The position numbers and the translations under genes are program-made. From positions 1 through 38,464 of IMG/VR virus record IMGVR_UViG_3300033416_000019: a stretch of 38,464 bases of DNA. One strand, 5' to 3'. Positions within the stretch are counted from its first letter, which is position 1, and each line of letters opens with the position of its first letter. Positions 1 to 9,480 of the stretch are shown in pieces. A model generated the notes under the pieces. That model saw nothing but the letters and a program-made list of their open reading frames with translations. It was not told the DNA's origin and searched no databases. Origin of the DNA: a virus (taxonomy: Duplodnaviria; Caudoviricetes).

Positions 1-279
1 TTTGATAGGTGGTTCCTTGATAAAGTAGGGTACTTCGATGAGATCTTCAGCCCAGCGTGGGTTGAGGACGTAGACCTGTCCTGGAGGGCTAGCAGGCATG
101 GCTACCACCTGCACCCGGTACCAGAGACACCGATCTTCCACGTCTATGGGCAGACTGGGTACGATGGCAGGCTGAACTTCATGCAGATATGCGAGCTGAA
201 TGTAGTAAGGTTTGCGGACAAGATAGCGCAGGGGAATGATGGATGGATCGGGCCACCCAGGTTCAGGAGCAATGGATGA
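1..279 (+). CDS. GT2-family glycosyltransferase, C-terminal part (5'-truncated)
   Basis: Frame 1 is open from base 1 to TGA at 277-279 and reads VGYFDEIFSPAWVEDVDLSWRA, matching the GT2 G.FDE.F...EDVD...R motif. Not in the supplied ORF track. Confidence 0.85.
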   Translation, partial: FDRWFLDKVGYFDEIFSPAWVEDVDLSWRASRHGYHLHPVPETPIFHVYGQTGYDGRLNFMQICELNVVRFADKIAQGNDGWIGPPRFRSNG

Positions 280-506
280 AGATGAGCACTGGCAAGTGGA
301 TTGGCTGGAAGGACAATGTGTTCATTGATCGCCTTCACGATGATGTGGCGATGGTCACGTGTGTGTGCGGGGAAGAGCTTTGGCTGCGCCCACTGGCAAG
401 CTTCAGTAGTATCAAGGAGCACAAGTGCTGGAAGTGCGGGCGCAGGTTTAAGACGACGCTTAAGGTAGATGTGGAATACTACCTGGAGTATCTGAATGAC
501 CGATAG
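276..506 (+). CDS. Small putative Zn-ribbon protein
   Basis: CVC...CWKC cysteine pairs. ATG at 276 overlaps the upstream TGA (ATGA). Confidence 0.65.
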   Translation: MKMSTGKWIGWKDNVFIDRLHDDVAMVTCVCGEELWLRPLASFSSIKEHKCWKCGRRFKTTLKVDVEYYLEYLNDR

Positions 507-711
507 CAGATGGGTGGGGTTCAACAGGCCAGTAGAAGTGGAGTTCTTCGACGTCAAGGTGACGTTCAGGTGTATATGCGGGGAACCGAATACCCTGGAT
601 CTGTGCCTGGGGCAGTCCACTGAAAAGAAGTGTGGCTTCTGCAGGCGCTGGTATAGGCTTACGAATAACGTGGATGTGCAGTTACTGCTGGAGGGAGGTG
701 AGAAGATATGA
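496..711 (+). CDS. Small putative Zn-ribbon protein, paralogue of the previous gene
   Basis: CIC...CGFC pairs and the same W.G[WF]...CxCGE...CxxC.R...VDV layout as 276-506. Confidence 0.65.
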   Translation: MTDSRWVGFNRPVEVEFFDVKVTFRCICGEPNTLDLCLGQSTEKKCGFCRRWYRLTNNVDVQLLLEGGEKI

Positions 712-1403
712 TAGAAAGGATGGTTAGCTTTGTGATGCCAAGCGTGCGGCCAGCCAACTGCATCCGCACGATCAAGGCGACGTTGGCGCAATCAAAGGGG
801 CATAACGTAGAAATAGTGCTGGTCACTGAGAGGCTGGACGTGCTGCAGGTTGTGGAGCATATGCTGACTGGCGACGAAGACGCTAGGGTGAACATCGTCT
901 ATAGCGATATCGAACCGCGTGGCTCAGTGAGGGCGTGGAACGACGGGCTAAAGGAAGCGCGCGGGGAGTACATCTGCCTGTGGTCGGATGACGCGATGCC
1001 ACACGCCTACTTCCTTGACAACGCTCTCCCGATGTTCAAGCAATGGCCCGACGGTGTTGGATACGTTGCCTTTAACGACCTTCATGTCAATCCAGACCAG
1101 CTGTCGGTCTTCTACATCGCCCATCGTGAGTACATCGTCAAGTACCAGGGCGGTGTGTTAGTCTATCCTTGCTACCAAGGGCTGTTTAGCAATCTCGAAA
1201 GCACAATGCGCGCTATGATAGCTGGCAAGTTCGGCTACGCGGATACAGCTATAGTCGAACACCTGCGCCCGATCAGTAGGGAGCGTGCGGTGTATAGCCT
1301 TGGTGGTATGATGGCTAATGTGTATTCGGGAGACTTCAAAGTGTTTCTTGAGCGGCGGGATCAGTGGTTCCCCGATGATTGGGAACCAGCAATCAAAGAA
1401 TAA
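708..1403 (+). CDS. GT-A/GT2 glycosyltransferase
   Basis: N-terminal VSFVMPS, then AWNDGLKEARGEYICLWSDD (DxD-like motif). Confidence 0.85.
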   Translation: MIERMVSFVMPSVRPANCIRTIKATLAQSKGHNVEIVLVTERLDVLQVVEHMLTGDEDARVNIVYSDIEPRGSVRAWNDGLKEARGEYICLWSDDAMPHAYFLDNALPMFKQWPDGVGYVAFNDLHVNPDQLSVFYIAHREYIVKYQGGVLVYPCYQGLFSNLESTMRAMIAGKFGYADTAIVEHLRPISRERAVYSLGGMMANVYSGDFKVFLERRDQWFPDDWEPAIKE

Positions 1404-1417
1404 AAGGAGATGATGAA

Positions 1418-1663
1418 ATGGGTAAAGGCAGACCAGTAAGTACAAGCAGGCACAAGATGGGACAGGTAAGGCAGCAAATCGGGCTTACCATCTGGAAGGG
1501 CCAGAAAGAGAAGCTGGAATGGTGGGCGTGGTATACGGATAGGTCTATCTCCGCCATCATTCGCGTGCTGATCGATGAGTGGCTAGAGAAGATGGAGAAG
1601 CAGGTAGCTGAGCAGGGTGGTGCGAAGCTGTACGAGACGCCACAAGACTACAAGGAGGCGTAA
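1418..1663 (+). CDS. Ribbon-helix-helix-like DNA-binding protein
   Basis: GRP start, then IGLTI...KEKL...RSISAIIRVLIDEWL, an RHH pattern. AAGGAG precedes ATG 1418. Confidence 0.65.
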   Translation: MGKGRPVSTSRHKMGQVRQQIGLTIWKGQKEKLEWWAWYTDRSISAIIRVLIDEWLEKMEKQVAEQGGAKLYETPQDYKEA

Positions 1664-1698
1664 GATACCCGGAATTCGACACGAAGGCAGGGTGATCA

Positions 1699-2400
1699 AT
1701 GAGCTTTAAATCGCCCATCGTAGTCGGTGGCACTGGCGGATCGGGCACGCGCCTGATCTGCCACGCCCTCCAGCACGCCGGGGTGTTCATGGGGGATGAT
1801 GTGAACTACGCCCTGGACGCCATGCCGTGGGTCGATGTGGATAACAACTACTTCGAATGCTACGACGACCTGCCAAGCATCATCGATAAGGCTATGGAAC
1901 GGCACGGCGCTGGTGAGCAAAGGGGGCATAAGAATTGGGGATGGAAGCATACCAAGAGCTATCTGTCGCTCCCGATGCTCCACCAATACTTCCCTGAGAT
2001 GTCCTTCGTCCATGTGCTAAGGGACGGTCGGGATCTAGCCTATGCCCCCCACATCTCCCTTGCTGTATTCTGGACTGGCAGCATAAACACCGATAAGCCG
2101 CACCCCGAAGCGATTATGTCCCTATGGGCGGTGACCAACATGCTCACCGAAGCGTATGCTAGGCAGTTCGTGGAGCGGTACGTGCAGGTGAGGTTTGAGG
2201 ACATGTACTCCCGGCCAGCAGAGACGGCGAAGAAGCTGTATAAGGAGCTAGGGCTGAAGGTCGATAGAGAGACTGTTGAAAGTCTCCCGCTCACGATGCA
2301 CGCCCCACCTCCTGGCATCGGCAGGTGGAAAGGGAAAGAAGGACTGGACAGGGTAACCGCTGTCGGAGAACTAACACTACGGAGGTATGGATACCTATGA
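1699..2400 (+). CDS. PAPS-dependent sulfotransferase family protein
   Basis: GGTGGSGTRL (5'-PSB loop), WGWK, VHVLRDGRD (3'-PB) and VRFEDM motifs. Confidence 0.85.
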   Translation: MSFKSPIVVGGTGGSGTRLICHALQHAGVFMGDDVNYALDAMPWVDVDNNYFECYDDLPSIIDKAMERHGAGEQRGHKNWGWKHTKSYLSLPMLHQYFPEMSFVHVLRDGRDLAYAPHISLAVFWTGSINTDKPHPEAIMSLWAVTNMLTEAYARQFVERYVQVRFEDMYSRPAETAKKLYKELGLKVDRETVESLPLTMHAPPPGIGRWKGKEGLDRVTAVGELTLRRYGYL

Positions 2401-2636
2401 AAGCAATCAAATGTGATCGGTGCGGTAAGTTCTCAGTAACGGTACTCCAACGCCATGTCTATGATAAGAACTCCACTTACAGCACTGGTCTTACGCGTAA
2501 TGTCTTTGGAATAAGCTTAGCCCGCTGGCTCTCTTGGGATGATGGGGTTCCAAAGGAAGTGATTGATCTATGTTCCGATTGTTGCGAGTCGCTATCGCGT
2601 TGGTTGAGCCGATCTTATAGGGAGGATGATTTATGA
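2397..2636 (+). CDS. Small CxxC...CxxC Zn-finger protein
   Basis: MKAIKCDRCGK...DLCSDC, with ATGA overlaps at both ends. Confidence 0.7.
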   Translation: MKAIKCDRCGKFSVTVLQRHVYDKNSTYSTGLTRNVFGISLARWLSWDDGVPKEVIDLCSDCCESLSRWLSRSYREDDL

Positions 2637-3001
2637 AATACATATACATTGCTGGGCCGCTTACGTCTAGTGGCTATGCCTCTGATAACATCCGCAAGGC
2701 AGTATGGGCTGCGGAGAAGGTCATTTCAGATGGCCACTGGCCATTCCTGCCGCACCTCACCCACTTCTGGCACATGATCTCACCACACCGTGTGAACCAT
2801 GAAACCAGCCTATGGATGAAGATGGATAGGGCGTGGCTGGAGAAGTGCGATGCCCTAGTCCGTCTGGAGGGGGCGTCCGTTGGCGCTGACCTGGAAGTGC
2901 AGTGGGCTAGGGATGACCTGAAGCCAGTGTTCAGTGAGCAGCAGCTTTACGACGGCAGTATGAAGGAAGCCTTGAGGGTGATGGAGGAGATGGAGAAATA
3001 G
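2633..3001 (+). CDS. Nucleoside 2-deoxyribosyltransferase-like (DUF4406-like) protein
   Basis: IYIAGP...PH...D..WLEKCDALVRL.G.S.GA..E...A pattern. GGAGGA RBS. Confidence 0.75.
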   Translation: MKYIYIAGPLTSSGYASDNIRKAVWAAEKVISDGHWPFLPHLTHFWHMISPHRVNHETSLWMKMDRAWLEKCDALVRLEGASVGADLEVQWARDDLKPVFSEQQLYDGSMKEALRVMEEMEK

Positions 3002-3003
3002 CG

Positions 3004-3348
3004 ATGTACGAACTCGAAAAGAGCCTATACGTGAGGTTGGGTAAGCAGTTGGCAGACATGCTTTGTGAGAAGCGTGACGCGTATGGAGACAACCTAAAGA
3101 GTACAGGGGAGTTTCTGAGGATCCTTTATCCCGAAGGTATCCCGCCGTCTGCGTATGATGAGCTGGCTACAGTCATCAGGGTGATGGACAAGTTATTCCG
3201 CATCGCCAATAAGCAGGCCCACGACACCGTTGGGGATGCCTGGAAGGATAAGGAGTCTCCGCGGTGGGATGTCGCTGGCTATGGCTTGGCTATGGTCGTG
3301 GACAGGACGGTGCAGTTGAAGCCAGGTGTGGAGGTTGACAAATCATGA
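3004..3348 (+). CDS. All-alpha nucleotide-modification-associated protein (DUF1599-like)
   Basis: K..AYG...R..DKL.R...D.AGY motif series. Confidence 0.65.
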   Translation: MYELEKSLYVRLGKQLADMLCEKRDAYGDNLKSTGEFLRILYPEGIPPSAYDELATVIRVMDKLFRIANKQAHDTVGDAWKDKESPRWDVAGYGLAMVVDRTVQLKPGVEVDKS

Positions 3349-4217
3349 ATGTCCTTGTAACTGGCGGCTCAGGTTACATCGGCAGCAAGCTTGTGCGTAG
3401 GCTATATAATGAAGGTCACTCAGTTACCGTTCTCGATAAGGTAGTCGGGAAGGTGAAGGGTGCAAAGTACGTGGAGGGGGATGTACGCTATCCCAATGAT
3501 GTGCAGAGGGTGGTGTACGGCGTGGACGCAGTGGTGCACCTTGCTGCTATAGTAGGTGAAGAGGAGTATGAGAAGGATAAGTCGGTAGGGTATGAGGTGA
3601 ATGTCGTTGGGACGACGGTGGTCGTTGGTGAAGCGAAGGAAGCGGGGGTGAAGCGGCTCATCCTGGCATCTACTGGCAATGTGTACGGGAAGGTGGATCA
3701 CATGGCGAATGAGAGTGAGACGCCGCAGCCAGTAGACCGCTATGGCTATAGTAAGCTGATGGCCGAAGAGGTGGTGAAAGAGGGTAAGTACGTATCGGTG
3801 AGGTTTGGGACGGTCTGCGGGTGGAATGAGGATAAGATGCGATGGGACTTGCTGCCGCACGCCCTGCTGCGCGACCTGTCCTCCGGCGTGCGGTTCAAGA
3901 TGTACTCACCGGAAGCGTTCAGGCCAGTGACGCATATCGATGACGCTGTGGATGCGCTACTTACCCTTGCCAGCGTAGATCCGAACAGCGCGCTATCGGG
4001 GAAGGTGTTCAATATAGTCTCTGAGAATGTCAGCAAGCGGCTCATCGCAGATTGGGCCATTGCTCTAACGCGGTTCCCTGGCGTAGATTTCGTTACTGAT
4101 AAAGAGGACAAGCGTAACTACCTGATGGATCCACACCTCATCGAAAGGACGATGGGGTGGAAGCGCAAGAAGTTCCTAAGCCAAGCAATGAAAGAGGTGT
4201 ACCGTGCCGCTTGCTAG
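3345..4217 (+). CDS. NAD-dependent nucleotide-sugar epimerase/dehydratase (extended SDR)
   Basis: VLVTGGSGYIG, VVHLAAIVG, AST..VYG, catalytic YGYSK, RFGTV. Confidence 0.93.
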   Translation: MNVLVTGGSGYIGSKLVRRLYNEGHSVTVLDKVVGKVKGAKYVEGDVRYPNDVQRVVYGVDAVVHLAAIVGEEEYEKDKSVGYEVNVVGTTVVVGEAKEAGVKRLILASTGNVYGKVDHMANESETPQPVDRYGYSKLMAEEVVKEGKYVSVRFGTVCGWNEDKMRWDLLPHALLRDLSSGVRFKMYSPEAFRPVTHIDDAVDALLTLASVDPNSALSGKVFNIVSENVSKRLIADWAIALTRFPGVDFVTDKEDKRNYLMDPHLIERTMGWKRKKFLSQAMKEVYRAAC

Positions 4218-4953
4218 TGTGGTTATGTCGGTGAAGAATAGAGCGCAGCTGTTCAGGAATAGTGTCGTGCTGTACCGGAAGCAGACAGTGCCGTTTGAGT
4301 TGGTGGTGGTGGATGATGGGAGTACCGATAACCTGAAGGGTGTGATCGATGAGAATGGTGATATGAATATCAAGTACATCCGCCTTGAGCATAGCGGGCT
4401 GCGGTCACCCAACATCGGCCTGCTCACCGGGATGGAACAGTGCTCCGGCGATGTCATCATCCTGACCTGCGGCGCTGAGGTGCTGGTGCCAGATGATGCA
4501 GTGGAGACGGTGATTGAAGGTGCGTATGAGATGAAGCGGCGTGTAGGCATCTCCTGCTTCTGTCTGTCCCAGGCGATGCAGGAAGCGCTGGGTACAGTGA
4601 ACTGGAAAGAGGACGTCCATGAGATACAGAAGATCCCCGGCTTCTGGACTGAGGCGACGCCGTGGGGTAGCGTGAACACTTCCTACCAGATGAACGGCGC
4701 GATGACGCTATCCTTCAGCGGGGCGACTAGAGAGCACTGGGACTGGATCGGCAGGATACGGCGGACAGAGAGCATTGGGATGAATGACAGAGACCTGCTG
4801 GACAGAGAGCGGTTCTTAGGTATAGCTGGTAAGACGATCCTTGGCGCTCATGTGTACCATCAGTATCACAAGAGGTCGGGGAAAGAGTGGTCTGAGCTAT
4901 CGACAAAGGCGATTACATACACATCTGAAGAACAGGCGAGGCTACGATGCTAA
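4204..4953 (+). CDS. GT2 glycosyltransferase
   Basis: ASVVMSVKNR, ELVVVDDGSTD, degenerate acidic motif (CGAEV), C-terminal YHQYH. Confidence 0.85.
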   Translation: MPLASVVMSVKNRAQLFRNSVVLYRKQTVPFELVVVDDGSTDNLKGVIDENGDMNIKYIRLEHSGLRSPNIGLLTGMEQCSGDVIILTCGAEVLVPDDAVETVIEGAYEMKRRVGISCFCLSQAMQEALGTVNWKEDVHEIQKIPGFWTEATPWGSVNTSYQMNGAMTLSFSGATREHWDWIGRIRRTESIGMNDRDLLDRERFLGIAGKTILGAHVYHQYHKRSGKEWSELSTKAITYTSEEQARLRC

Positions 4954-5684
4954 TCAGTGTTGGTGCGCGATGTCTGAATGAGGAAGAACTGCTGCCGATA
5001 TTTCTGAAGAATCATCAGTTCGCTGATGAGATAGTGGTGTGCGATGGCGGGAGCACAGACAGGTCTAAGGAGATTGCTTTGTCCGACCCGAAAGTGGTAT
5101 GGGTGGACTTTCCTTATCGTGTCCCGTCGATGGGTGGCCACCCCGAAATCACCATGAACCCGGAAGGGAAGCATGTCAATGCAGTGATAGACGCCTGCCG
5201 TGGTGAGTGGTTGTACATAACAGAGGTGGACGTCGTGCCCGACCTAGCCATGCAGGATGCCATAAGGGATGTTATTCGTTTGGCTAAGTCGCCAGCTATC
5301 GGCTCGTATCTATACTATGTTGCCCCGATGAAGTCTCCTGGGAGTCCGTATGAATACTACCCCGCGTTGATACAGGGGTGGGGGCTGACGTGTTGGCATA
5401 AGGACATTGGTCTTAAGGTGCCCACTGAGGTGTGCGAGAATCTATCAGACCCATGCGCGTGGCCGCTGAAATCCAAGACCTGGGAGAACAACCAGAACAA
5501 CAAGAACGTGATCATCATGGATCGCCCCAGTGGTCGTGTCCATCTCACGTGGTGCACCAGAGAGCGAGTGCAGAACTGCATCAAGAAGTACGCCCTACGG
5601 GATAATCGGAATATCCCTGATCCTGACACCTACCTGACCAGGGCACTACTCCCCGACTGGATCGTATGGAACGGGATGTACTAA
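4947..5684 (+). CDS. GT2 glycosyltransferase
   Basis: LNEEELL, ADEIVVCDGGSTDRS.EIA, GEWLYITEVD. Confidence 0.88.
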   Translation: MLISVGARCLNEEELLPIFLKNHQFADEIVVCDGGSTDRSKEIALSDPKVVWVDFPYRVPSMGGHPEITMNPEGKHVNAVIDACRGEWLYITEVDVVPDLAMQDAIRDVIRLAKSPAIGSYLYYVAPMKSPGSPYEYYPALIQGWGLTCWHKDIGLKVPTEVCENLSDPCAWPLKSKTWENNQNNKNVIIMDRPSGRVHLTWCTRERVQNCIKKYALRDNRNIPDPDTYLTRALLPDWIVWNGMY

Positions 5685-5685
5685 G

Positions 5686-5892
5686 ATGGCTAAGAGCGTA
5701 ACCGTAGTTGACAACAGCAAGACTACCCGCATGACTGAAAAGCGGCGTCGGCAACTGAAGTCCAGCATCCATGCGTTGCTAGCGAAGGGGCTGTCATACG
5801 GAGAGGTTGCTAGAGAGCTGGATATCAGTAAGAGTGAAGTCCATGTTCTAGCTCATGAGAAGGATGAAAAGGAAGCACCACATGAAGATTGA
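5686..5892 (+). CDS. Small helix-turn-helix protein
   Basis: LLAKGLSYGEVARELDISKSEVH is a canonical HTH. Confidence 0.8.
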   Translation: MAKSVTVVDNSKTTRMTEKRRRQLKSSIHALLAKGLSYGEVARELDISKSEVHVLAHEKDEKEAPHED

Positions 5893-6982
5893 TTTCTACT
5901 GCCACCCAGGTAGCAACAGCTTCGTCTTCACGCCGCCGGATGTATGGGGCAGGGGAGTCGGCGGTGCGGAGCTATCCTTAATCTCCCTTGCTGAGACGTT
6001 CGCCAAAGACGGGCATAGGGTGCGGGTGTATAATGAGCCGTACAACAACCGCATGGAGGACTGCAGTGGTAGGTATAACGGCGTGTATTATCTCAACTCC
6101 ACCCTGTTCAATCTGTCAAAGGATCGGGATGTCTTCATCCTCTTCCGTAACCCATACCCCTACTTGCAGGGAGTAAACGCTAGGGTGAAGCTCTTTTGGT
6201 CGTGCGACCAAGTGACCACTGGCAACTACGCCACTGACATCTACCCATTCGTAGACAAAGGGGTGTGCATCAGCCTCTTCCACCAGGAAGACCACATAGA
6301 AAGGTATGGCGTGAGTAATGATAAGATCACGTGGATCGACCTGGGTGTGCGGCTGGAGGATTACGTTGATCCCTTGCCGAAGGTCAAGGGCAGGCTGATC
6401 TTCTGCTCCGTGCCGCACCGTGGGCTGCAGTGGCTCCTACCAATCTACCAAACATTGAAGGTGCTCCACCGCGACATCACCCTGCACATCACGTCCGACT
6501 ACACACTATGGGGCAGGGGGATTGGCCCGAATGATACAGACATGCGGACGATGTGGCGCGATGTATCAGGCGTAGACTACTTAGGCAACATCCCGCGCCG
6601 CAGCTTTATCGAGCAGCAGAAGCGCGCCGAACTCCTCATCTACCCGCACTACCCTGTTAGCGGGTACCCTGAACTGTTCGGTATCTCGGTGGCTGAATGC
6701 ATGGCCGCTGGTACGGTGCCGATCATCAGCACGCAGGGTGGGCTGAACATGACGGCGACAGGGGCTATCGTGATCAATGGTGATCCACGTGACCCTGATA
6801 TCCAGTTCAGGTACATCGAAGCTGCCTCCTTCTATCTACGGTACCCGAACAGGATGGATGAGGCAGCGAAGTATTGCCAGTCCATGGCGAATCGCAGGTT
6901 CGATTGGACAACCATAGCTAAGCAGTGGTATAATCTATTTGAGGAGATATTGAATGGGCGAAACCAAAAGCAACCCGTATAG
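5882..6982 (+). CDS. GT-B/GT4 glycosyltransferase
   Basis: GVGGAE, GHRV.V, S.P.RGL..L, and the EX7E motif ELFGISVAECMAAG. Confidence 0.9.
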   Translation: MKIDFYCHPGSNSFVFTPPDVWGRGVGGAELSLISLAETFAKDGHRVRVYNEPYNNRMEDCSGRYNGVYYLNSTLFNLSKDRDVFILFRNPYPYLQGVNARVKLFWSCDQVTTGNYATDIYPFVDKGVCISLFHQEDHIERYGVSNDKITWIDLGVRLEDYVDPLPKVKGRLIFCSVPHRGLQWLLPIYQTLKVLHRDITLHITSDYTLWGRGIGPNDTDMRTMWRDVSGVDYLGNIPRRSFIEQQKRAELLIYPHYPVSGYPELFGISVAECMAAGTVPIISTQGGLNMTATGAIVINGDPRDPDIQFRYIEAASFYLRYPNRMDEAAKYCQSMANRRFDWTTIAKQWYNLFEEILNGRNQKQPV

Positions 6983-7526
6983 CCTAAAGGCTAGGCTAAG
7001 GGGTATACAGAAGAAGTACGGAGATATAGTGTGCCTGGACTTGGGGTGTGGCAAGGACGAAAGCCCTATCAGCCACGCGGTGCTGGAGATCCCCTGGCGC
7101 GTCCTTGTCTCTGTGGACGCCTGGGAGCATAATATCAGCGCCCTCCAGGACAAGAGGAAGGCAGGTGGTATCGCTGCTGTCCACTGGACGTACTACATTG
7201 AGCCGATAGAGAAGATCGTCCCACGCTTGCCGGACAAGAAGTACGATGTCACCCTGTTCATCGACTCCCTAGAACACCTGCCAAAGCCTGTTGCTCTTTC
7301 TATGCTGGCGGAGGCTGAGCGCCTTACCACTACCCGCATCATTATCTTCCTGCCTATCGGCCCTTGCCCGCAGGGGCCACTGAACGGCAACCCGTTTGAA
7401 GTCCATCAATCTACGTGGACGGTGGATGAACTAGAAAGCCTGGGCTATGACGTCCAGCTCTTCCCGCAACTCCACCGTCACATCAATCCTTGGGTGGATG
7501 CTGCCTGGGCTGTCAAGAAAGTGTGA
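6954..7526 (+). CDS. Class I SAM-dependent methyltransferase
   Basis: LDLGCG motif I, YDV.LFIDSLEHL, H.STW. Confidence 0.87.
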   Translation: MGETKSNPYSLKARLRGIQKKYGDIVCLDLGCGKDESPISHAVLEIPWRVLVSVDAWEHNISALQDKRKAGGIAAVHWTYYIEPIEKIVPRLPDKKYDVTLFIDSLEHLPKPVALSMLAEAERLTTTRIIIFLPIGPCPQGPLNGNPFEVHQSTWTVDELESLGYDVQLFPQLHRHINPWVDAAWAVKKV

Positions 7527-7527
7527 T

Positions 7528-7556
7528 TTGCATAATCGCGTAGGGTCGCGTATAAT
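7528..7556 (+). promoter_or_regulatory. Sigma70-type promoter for the neck/tail genes
   Basis: TTGCAT (7528-33), 17-bp spacer, perfect TATAAT (7551-56), in the gap before the adaptor gene. GAGGT RBS follows. Confidence 0.7.
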
Positions 7557-7591
7557 CCACCCAACGATCTACCTATCCCGCGAGGTACGCC

Positions 7592-8320
7592 ATGATCAAT
7601 ACTATCGGTGGGGTGGACATAACCAATGTCGTTCGGTTGAGGATTGACGACGAAGACTCAAGCGACTATGAATTCAGCGACACCAAATTCAATGAGTGGT
7701 TAGCCCACGCCGTCAGAGCTTACAGCAAGGAACGCCCATACGTCCTGGAGACGACGATAAGCCACGTCGAAGACCAGGATATCTACGCGCTGCCATCCGG
7801 ATTGGAGAGGGTCATAGAGTGCCAGTATCGGCTGTCCTTTGACACTAACGTCTATGAGCCGCTGGAAGATACCACGCTGGCTGGGTTTTCTACATACGAC
7901 TGGCCAGCATTAGACCTGATCCGCCGGATGCTGCGTGTGAAGTATGATGAAGTGGCCGTCGGCCACTGGGAAGTCATTACTAATCGCACCTCCTACGCTG
8001 CTGGTAAGTACCTTGTAATCTATCCTGCCCCTGACAGTTCCACTGGCGACTTCACTGTCCGCTACTCCGCAACACACCCGCTATCAGGCTCGGACTACTT
8101 TACTATTCCAGCAGAGCACGCCTACCTACTGGCCGATCTCCTGGTATCCTATGCCCTGAAGCGCCGCGCCATGAAGTTCTTCAAGAACCCAATGGACTAT
8201 GATGCTGGGCAGACGCGTATCCGTCGTGGGGCGACGATAGACCATCTGAACAGAGAAGCTGATATACTGGAGCAGAAGGTATGGAATGCGCTGCGGGGAA
8301 CGGTGATCGCGATAGGGTAG
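7592..8320 (+). CDS. Putative head-tail adaptor (neck) protein
   Basis: VRLRI.D.....FSD....WL..A N-terminus, Y.LP, L.IYPAP and a helical C-terminus. First gene of the structural operon. Confidence 0.6.
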   Translation: MINTIGGVDITNVVRLRIDDEDSSDYEFSDTKFNEWLAHAVRAYSKERPYVLETTISHVEDQDIYALPSGLERVIECQYRLSFDTNVYEPLEDTTLAGFSTYDWPALDLIRRMLRVKYDEVAVGHWEVITNRTSYAAGKYLVIYPAPDSSTGDFTVRYSATHPLSGSDYFTIPAEHAYLLADLLVSYALKRRAMKFFKNPMDYDAGQTRIRRGATIDHLNREADILEQKVWNALRGTVIAIG

Positions 8321-8637
8321 TCTTCAGGGTAAGAGAGGCGTCATCGGAGTTCGCGCTGCCACTATCTATTGGTAGCGACGGTATAGTGGAGGAAGTGAAG
8401 TACGTGTCTTCCGATATACCGGAGGGGCTATTGTGCTTCGAAGTCCCGGTGACACGCTCTTGGCTGAAGATGTATTCCTTGGACGGAGAGCCAGAGACAG
8501 AAAGAGAAGTCCAGTGGATGTTGCGCGCCGGACACGCTACCTTCCATCGGCCTGTATGGAAGGTGTTCAACGGGACACTGTACTTGTGGCCTCCTGCACC
8601 ATGCGACGGAAGACTGATAGTTGACTACGTGAAGTAA
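8281..8637 (+). CDS. Hypothetical protein resembling the adaptor beta-domain
   Basis: WKVFNGTLYLWPPAPCDGRLIVDY resembles WEV...YLVIYPAPDSSTGDFTVRY of the previous gene. Start uncertain (40-nt overlap). Confidence 0.5.
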   Translation: MECAAGNGDRDRVVFRVREASSEFALPLSIGSDGIVEEVKYVSSDIPEGLLCFEVPVTRSWLKMYSLDGEPETEREVQWMLRAGHATFHRPVWKVFNGTLYLWPPAPCDGRLIVDYVK

Positions 8638-8664
8638 GTCTTCCGTACTAACTAGGGCACAACC

Positions 8665-9114
8665 ATGGCACCAAGAACATCATCTTCCAACTTCACTCAA
8701 AAAGATGGCGTAACGCTACAGGATCACCTTGAAGACAAGCTGAAAGCTTGTGATGCCCGCTGGCAAGTGGCGTTTCAGGCGCAGCGTGACTTTGGGACAG
8801 CCCAGGCCGATGCGTTGAAAGAGGCTGTACGGCTATTGGCGCACCAGTATGAGATCAAGTTCGAAGCGCAGAACGAATGGCGTGGGTCGTTAAATGACTT
8901 TGTTCATACTTTAGCGACCAAGGATGAGGTTGTCCTGCAGGTGGACAAATTGCGTGGTGAGTATTGTTTGCAGATGGATCGTGCCAATTCCGATATCAAG
9001 GCACTCAATGGCTTCATGAACAACATGCAGGGCAAGGCTAGTCAGACATCGGTGATCATCACCTTATTGCTCTCGGTCGCAGCTTTGATCCTCAGTATAG
9101 CGAAAGCATTCTAA
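8665..9114 (+). CDS. Coiled-coil protein with C-terminal transmembrane helix
   Basis: Helical body ending VIITLLLSVAALILSIAKAF. Confidence 0.65.
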   Translation: MAPRTSSSNFTQKDGVTLQDHLEDKLKACDARWQVAFQAQRDFGTAQADALKEAVRLLAHQYEIKFEAQNEWRGSLNDFVHTLATKDEVVLQVDKLRGEYCLQMDRANSDIKALNGFMNNMQGKASQTSVIITLLLSVAALILSIAKAF

Positions 9115-9131
9115 CCGTAGGGGGGTAGAAA

Positions 9132-9479
9132 ATGGCAGACCTGATCGACCGTATCTCCGGAGATGCGGAGTGGCAAGTCCCGTCGCGCCCTAAGATCAAC
9201 CTACACCGCTTCATGGCCGCTGAGCGCCTATACGCGCTTGGTGAGTGCACTGGGGCACAGGTAGCTGCTGAGTTTGACTTCCAGGGCAATGAGCTGACCC
9301 AAGCTACGCAGCTCAAAGCAGCTATCGACTCTCAGAGCAACGTCACCAACAAGATACTTTATGTCCTGCGGGCTGAAAGCGTGCTCATGTGCATTGAAGA
9401 CCATAGGGATGGGCTGTACCACGCTGGCGGTGCAGTGAATAAAGCGAAGGTATATGAAGACTTGCAGATAGTGGGGTAG
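9132..9479 (+). CDS. Hypothetical (probably virion-associated) protein
   Basis: Packed in the operon with a G-rich RBS. No family recognised. Confidence 0.6.
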   Translation: MADLIDRISGDAEWQVPSRPKINLHRFMAAERLYALGECTGAQVAAEFDFQGNELTQATQLKAAIDSQSNVTNKILYVLRAESVLMCIEDHRDGLYHAGGAVNKAKVYEDLQIVG

Positions 9480-9480
9480 T

